Assembly (NCBI GenBank): GCA_963702435.1
Contig: CAVPCR010000005.1
Coordinates: 352,001 to 416,000, forward strand
Reading direction: 5' to 3'
From: Candidatus Eiseniibacteriota bacterium
GTDB lineage: Bacteria > Eisenbacteria > RBG-16-71-46 > CAVPCR01
Length of the DNA: 64,000 nucleotides
The position numbers were made by a program, and so were the translations under genes. Shown here piece by piece: positions 57,801-64,000 of the stretch (the stretch's first letter is position 1; each line of letters begins with the position of its first letter). The notes under the pieces were generated by a model, which did no database searches, was not told the DNA's origin, and worked only from the letters and a program-made list of their open reading frames with translations.

Positions 57801-58136
57801 CAGCGCGCGGACCTCATCACCTGGCTCGAGGGCTGGAGCCTGTGCCTGAGCGAGATCAACTTCCTGCGCACCGGCTCGCGGGCCGGCGGGCTCCTCGACG
57901 TGCACATCGTGACCGAAGAGGACATCGCGAAGCGGACGAGCTTTGCGGCCAAGATCGGCGCGGTCACCGATCAGGCTCGACTCCTCACGCTCGGGCGCCC
58001 GGGCTCCCCGCGCGGCATCTTGCAGACGGGGACCGAGGCGCCGGCGGACGCCGCCGCCGCCCGCCGCCGGCGGACCCGGAAGAGCGCCACGCCGGCGGTC
58101 ATAGCAGGCGGCGAATCGCCGCCGCCGGCGCCCTGA
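54818..58136 (+). CDS. GAF-like sensor + PPDK_N dikinase-like + C-terminal nucleotidyltransferase fusion; indels in 5' third, 3' end uncertain
   Basis: LQERAKELDCLY...EGPFLKEERRLI; LGGKSAGL, SSLLED, DIEFA, GPGRWGS, SFGTHFFQD; LYVFGSTKNATAGPASDIDLLV. Confidence 0.85.
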
Positions 58137-58959
58137 GATCGAGATCCACGAGCGCGAGCTCGGGTCCGTCGTGCGCCGCGGAGAGGCAGATGGTGCGGCC
58201 GAGCCGCGCCATCCAGGCCCCGGTCAGGCGCGCCGACTCGTGCACGTGGCCGTGCAGGGTGACGAGCGGCTGCCGGGACTCGATGAAGCGGCGGACGGCG
58301 ATCGACCCGATGTGCACGTCGAGCGGCACGTGGTCGACCATCTTGCCGTCGAGCGCCGCGCGATCGAGCGGAGTCTGGTAAGGCGGGGCGTGGAAGAGAC
58401 AGATCGCCTGCGCGAGGTCCAGGTCCCCGGCGAGCGCGGCGAGATCCCGCTGGATCGTCCCGTACTTGAGATCGTGCGGATCGGCGGCCTCGCTCCGCCA
58501 CCCTTCCTCGGGCGACACCGCGCCGGGATCGAGGTGGCGCGACACGTCGTAGCGCTCCCAGTCTTTCAATAGAAAGGGCGTCGGCGGGACGCACGCGTAC
58601 CCGAGCACCGTGTACGGGCCGAACGCGAGGCGGCGGCCATGCGCGTAGGTCCAGAGCCCGTCCGCCTCCGCGGCCTTCAAGCTCTCCTCCTCGCGCCGCG
58701 GGTCGTCGTTCCCGAGGATCAGGAAGACGCGCGGATAGGCAGCGCCGAGTGCGGTGCGGAGCCGCGCGAACGCGCCGGCGAGGAAGCCCGACACGAAGTC
58801 CTCGTCGGGCGCCGCGGTCCCGGCGACGAGGAAGCCCGAGGGCAGGAGATCGCCGCCCAGGAACACCGCCGCCGGCTTCTCGCGCTCGACGGCGGCGTAG
58901 AGCTTCTCGTAGCGCTCGATGCGGCCGTGCAGATCCGAGACGAAGAACGCGCGGGTCAC
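58099..58959 (-). CDS. Calcineurin-like metallophosphoesterase
   Basis: SDLHG, GGDL, LGNDD, HAPP, LHGHVHE; GTG start overlaps the upstream stop. Confidence 0.9.
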   Translation of the reverse strand: MTRAFFVSDLHGRIERYEKLYAAVEREKPAAVFLGGDLLPSGFLVAGTAAPDEDFVSGFLAGAFARLRTALGAAYPRVFLILGNDDPRREEESLKAAEADGLWTYAHGRRLAFGPYTVLGYACVPPTPFLLKDWERYDVSRHLDPGAVSPEEGWRSEAADPHDLKYGTIQRDLAALAGDLDLAQAICLFHAPPYQTPLDRAALDGKMVDHVPLDVHIGSIAVRRFIESRQPLVTLHGHVHESARLTGAWMARLGRTICLSAAHDGPELALVDLDLRAPAAAIRRLL

Positions 58960-61940
58960 GGGCGTCGATTCCGCGGTTTCAGGATCACGCCCTCGTTCCG
59001 CTTGCCATCCATCTTGACGACGAGCGGATCGGCGAAGCGGAGGTGGCGGACAAAGGTGGCCTCGGCCAGGGCCGGCTGGCGGGCGAGCCACTCCCAGTCG
59101 ACGAAGCCGTCGCCCTCGTCGGGATTGACGGTGAAGTAGCCGACGCGCGAGGTGGTCAGGTTCTGGAAGAAGTGGGTGCCCTGCGACGGCGTCACCTTGA
59201 AGTCGCGGAACCCCGCCTCGACGATGGCCCGCGCTCCCGCGATCTGGTCCCAGCTCACGGGGATGCCGAGGCTGGGATCGCTCGATCCCCAGCGCCCGAC
59301 GCCGACCAGGAGGTAACCGACGCCCCGCGCCGCGAGCTCGGCGTTCATGCGCGCCACCTCCAGCGCCACCTCGCGCGAGCGAACGCGCTCGAAGCGGTTG
59401 ACGTCGACGACCACGAGGTCGCGGAGGTCCTCGATCTTCCCGTGCCCGAGCACCGACGAGCTCCGGCAGATGAGCTCGGCCCGGTCCACCTCGCCGACCT
59501 CGACGTCGGCCATCTCGCTCGTCAGAGCGAGCGGCCGCAGCTGGAGGAATCCGAACTCCCGGGGGGCCCCCGGCGGCGTCGAGAGGTTCGCCGCGAACTC
59601 GATCTCGACCGGGCCCGAGGTGCCGAGCCGGCCGATCTCGAGCAGGAGGTCGAGGACCTCGGCCAGCGGAAAGAGGCGATGCTTCAAGATCGGGGCGAAG
59701 TTGACGAGGCGCACGCCGCGCCGCGCGAGCCCATCGTACACCGCGTCGTTATCCGCCGAGTAGGTCGAGCCGACCCAGACCAGCGTGCCGTCCTGCTCGG
59801 CCGCCTCGAGGTCGAAACGACGGAGCTCGAACGCCTCCCGCTCCCCCGCGACCGCAGGCGATCCGCGCAGGGCGAGCGCATAGAACTCGCGCTGCGAGTT
59901 CCGGAGGATGTCCTTGACCGAGGAGAACTGGACGAGGTGGCGCGGATAGCGCGGGCAGAAGCGGATGCACGCGCCGCCGTCAACCACCGTCTCGCCGAGG
60001 CCGAGAGCGACGGCGGCCACCCCGTCCTCGGTCGTCATCGGCGCCGCCGGATAGAAGTTGTGCGAACGCGCGACCCCGGAGATGTCGGGGTAGAAACGCC
60101 CGCCGTGGGCCGCCCCCACCACCTTCTGCAGTATCACCGCCATCTTCTCCTCTTCGAGCCGATAGGGCGTGGCGCGGAGATACGCCTTGGCGTGCTCGGA
60201 GAAGGTGGAGGCAAAGACCCGCTTGATGGCGGTGATCAGCTGCTCCAGGCGCATGGCGAGATGCGGGTGATCGTTGGGCAGCATGTAGGTCTCGTAGATG
60301 CCCGCGAACGGCTGGTACTGCGAGTCTTCGAGCAGGCTCGACGAGCGGACGGCGAGCGGGTAGCGGATGAGATCGAGGAAGGTCGCGAGATCGTTCCGGT
60401 AGCGCGCGGGAAAGGGCGCGGCGAGGAAGCGCGCGAGCACCGCGCCGTGGTCCGGGCTGTTGATGGCGAACTCGCGCAGATCCCCTTGCGCGAGGAACTC
60501 GTCGAAGACGTCGGTGCCGAGGACCACCGAGGGCGGAACCGCGATGCGCACGCCGGGGAACCGGCCTTCGACGTCGTGATCGTGGAGCAGCCGGTTCACG
60601 AAGGCGAGCCCGCGGGCCTTGCCGCCCAGCGAACCGCCGCCGATGCGCGAGAAGCTCGCGCTCACGTCGAACGTGGCGGCGTCGAAGTCGGCGACGATGC
60701 CGCGGTTGCGCTCCTCGCGGTACTCCTGGATCGAGCGGATCAGATCCAGGCGCAGATCCTCGAGCGTCGCGAAATCGGAGACCTTGCGCGGGCGGAGCTT
60801 GTGCGCGAGCGCGAACTCGGTGCGCGCTTTTAGCCAGTTCGAGAAATGGTTGCGCTCGCCGTGGAACCCGAGGCTCTCCGCCGGAACCACGGCGAGGAGC
60901 TCCTCGAGCGTCTTCAAATCGTGGGCGCGGCCGACCTCGGTGCCGTCGGCGAGCCGGAATATGAAATCCCCGAAGCTGAAGTTCTCGACCATGAAGCGGC
61001 GGAGCTGGTGGAGGAAGGTCGGTGATTCCTTGAGCAGGAAGGAGGCACCCACCGCCGTGGCCAGGGTCTCGTTCCCGATCAGGGAGGACTGCAGCATGAT
61101 CGGGATGTCGGGCTGGACCCGCCGCACGGCGCGGGCGAAGTCGGCCCCCGCCTCCGCCACGAGGTCGCCGTGCCGCGGGAACTCGACGTCGGTGATGATG
61201 CCGAGGATGTTCTCGCGATAGGCGGTGAAGAGCTGCCAGGCCTCCTCGTAGGTCGAGGCGAGGAGGATCTTCGGGCGCGCCCTGATGCGCGTCAGCTTGT
61301 GCGAGAGGTTGATCCCCTCCGGCACCAGGCTGTGCGAGTGCTGCATGAGCTCCGAGTAGATCACCGGCAGGAAGGAGGAGTACTGGCGGATCGAGTCCTC
61401 GATGACGAGAATCGCCTGCACCCCCATCTCTCCGGTGTCGTGCGCGACGTTCATGCGGTCCTCGACCTGCTTGACGATGGCGACAAGGATCCGCACGTCG
61501 CCTTGCCACAGGTAGATCCGCTCGAGGTCGGAGACGTCCCACCGGGCGACCAGATCGGCCAGCTCCCGGCTGTCGTAGGCGAGGAGGATGACCGGGATCC
61601 CGAGCCCTTCCGCTTTGACCCTACGGGCGAGCGCCAGCGCGTCCATGTCGCCCACGTGCATGGAGGTGATGATGAGGTTGAAGCGGCGCTGGGCGGCGGC
61701 CAGCGCGAGCGCCTCGGCGCCCGAGGAGACGCGGGTGATGCCGGGGGTATGGTGCAGGTTCAGGTCGAGGAACTTGCTCAGCATGGCCTCGTCCAGCTGG
61801 CCGTCCTCGGCCAGGATGAACGAGTCGTAGAGGCTCGACACGAGGAGGATGTTCTCCACCCGGTGCGCCATCAGATCCTGGAAGCCCGCGAAGCGGGTGG
61901 ACCGGGCGAGCGCGGGCGAATCGTCCTGCATGCTGTTCAT
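58956..61940 (-). CDS. Tandem receiver-domain + PPDK_N dikinase-like protein
   Basis: ILLVSSLYD, ILVIED...IITDVEFP; LGGKARGLAF, AVRSSSLLED, VEIEFA, GVGRWGS, SQGTHFFQN; intact 994 aa. Confidence 0.9.
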   Translation of the reverse strand: MNSMQDDSPALARSTRFAGFQDLMAHRVENILLVSSLYDSFILAEDGQLDEAMLSKFLDLNLHHTPGITRVSSGAEALALAAAQRRFNLIITSMHVGDMDALALARRVKAEGLGIPVILLAYDSRELADLVARWDVSDLERIYLWQGDVRILVAIVKQVEDRMNVAHDTGEMGVQAILVIEDSIRQYSSFLPVIYSELMQHSHSLVPEGINLSHKLTRIRARPKILLASTYEEAWQLFTAYRENILGIITDVEFPRHGDLVAEAGADFARAVRRVQPDIPIMLQSSLIGNETLATAVGASFLLKESPTFLHQLRRFMVENFSFGDFIFRLADGTEVGRAHDLKTLEELLAVVPAESLGFHGERNHFSNWLKARTEFALAHKLRPRKVSDFATLEDLRLDLIRSIQEYREERNRGIVADFDAATFDVSASFSRIGGGSLGGKARGLAFVNRLLHDHDVEGRFPGVRIAVPPSVVLGTDVFDEFLAQGDLREFAINSPDHGAVLARFLAAPFPARYRNDLATFLDLIRYPLAVRSSSLLEDSQYQPFAGIYETYMLPNDHPHLAMRLEQLITAIKRVFASTFSEHAKAYLRATPYRLEEEKMAVILQKVVGAAHGGRFYPDISGVARSHNFYPAAPMTTEDGVAAVALGLGETVVDGGACIRFCPRYPRHLVQFSSVKDILRNSQREFYALALRGSPAVAGEREAFELRRFDLEAAEQDGTLVWVGSTYSADNDAVYDGLARRGVRLVNFAPILKHRLFPLAEVLDLLLEIGRLGTSGPVEIEFAANLSTPPGAPREFGFLQLRPLALTSEMADVEVGEVDRAELICRSSSVLGHGKIEDLRDLVVVDVNRFERVRSREVALEVARMNAELAARGVGYLLVGVGRWGSSDPSLGIPVSWDQIAGARAIVEAGFRDFKVTPSQGTHFFQNLTTSRVGYFTVNPDEGDGFVDWEWLARQPALAEATFVRHLRFADPLVVKMDGKRNEGVILKPRNRRP

Positions 61941-62065
61941 CTCACGTCACGACCGATCTGGGGCACGGAGCGCCGGCGCCGGCGCACATGCGAACGGCGC
62001 GGGGGCGTCGACCGCCCCCGCGCCGCATTCTACCGCCTCGGAGCCCGGCAAGAAACAGCGGGCTA

Positions 62066-64000
<1,935 letters not shown>

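Overview
Very GC-rich bacterial DNA. Gene content points to an FCB-related lineage such as Ca. Eisenbacteria, Krumholzibacteriota or Latescibacterota; this is inferred from five secreted proteins with PNPF...FlgD-like C-terminal domains and one with a TWGxxKAL tail. Many genes are broken by 1-bp indels, densest at 51.6-56.2 kb, which look like long-read consensus errors. From left to right: sugar epimerase; an Omp28/TlpA/DUF6029 thiol-redox envelope operon; NtrX-like regulator, OM barrel and DUF4390; ECF sigma/anti-sigma operon; Fis-like and degenerate sigma54-activator genes; eno-ftsB; VKOR. An accessory region (about 23.9-39.6 kb) holds large secreted proteins, gene remnants, duplicated MNT-HEPN modules, tRNA-Ser(CGA) with an upstream duplicate of its promoter and 5' half, tRNA-fMet and an ArsR-pseudo-aminopeptidase fusion. 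Next come a NorR-ric-qNor NO-detox unit with sigma54 promoter and three operator sites, vapBC, a CHRD protein, an AglB/STT3-like glycosyltransferase and gap. The window ends with two convergent glutamate dehydrogenase operons. The strongest candidate for an undescribed system is this last 12 kb: both GDH genes are coupled to PEP-synthase-like dikinases (three in total; one fused to a GAF-like sensor and a nucleotidyltransferase, one to receiver domains) plus a metallophosphoesterase. All family assignments come from motif recognition, not database searches.
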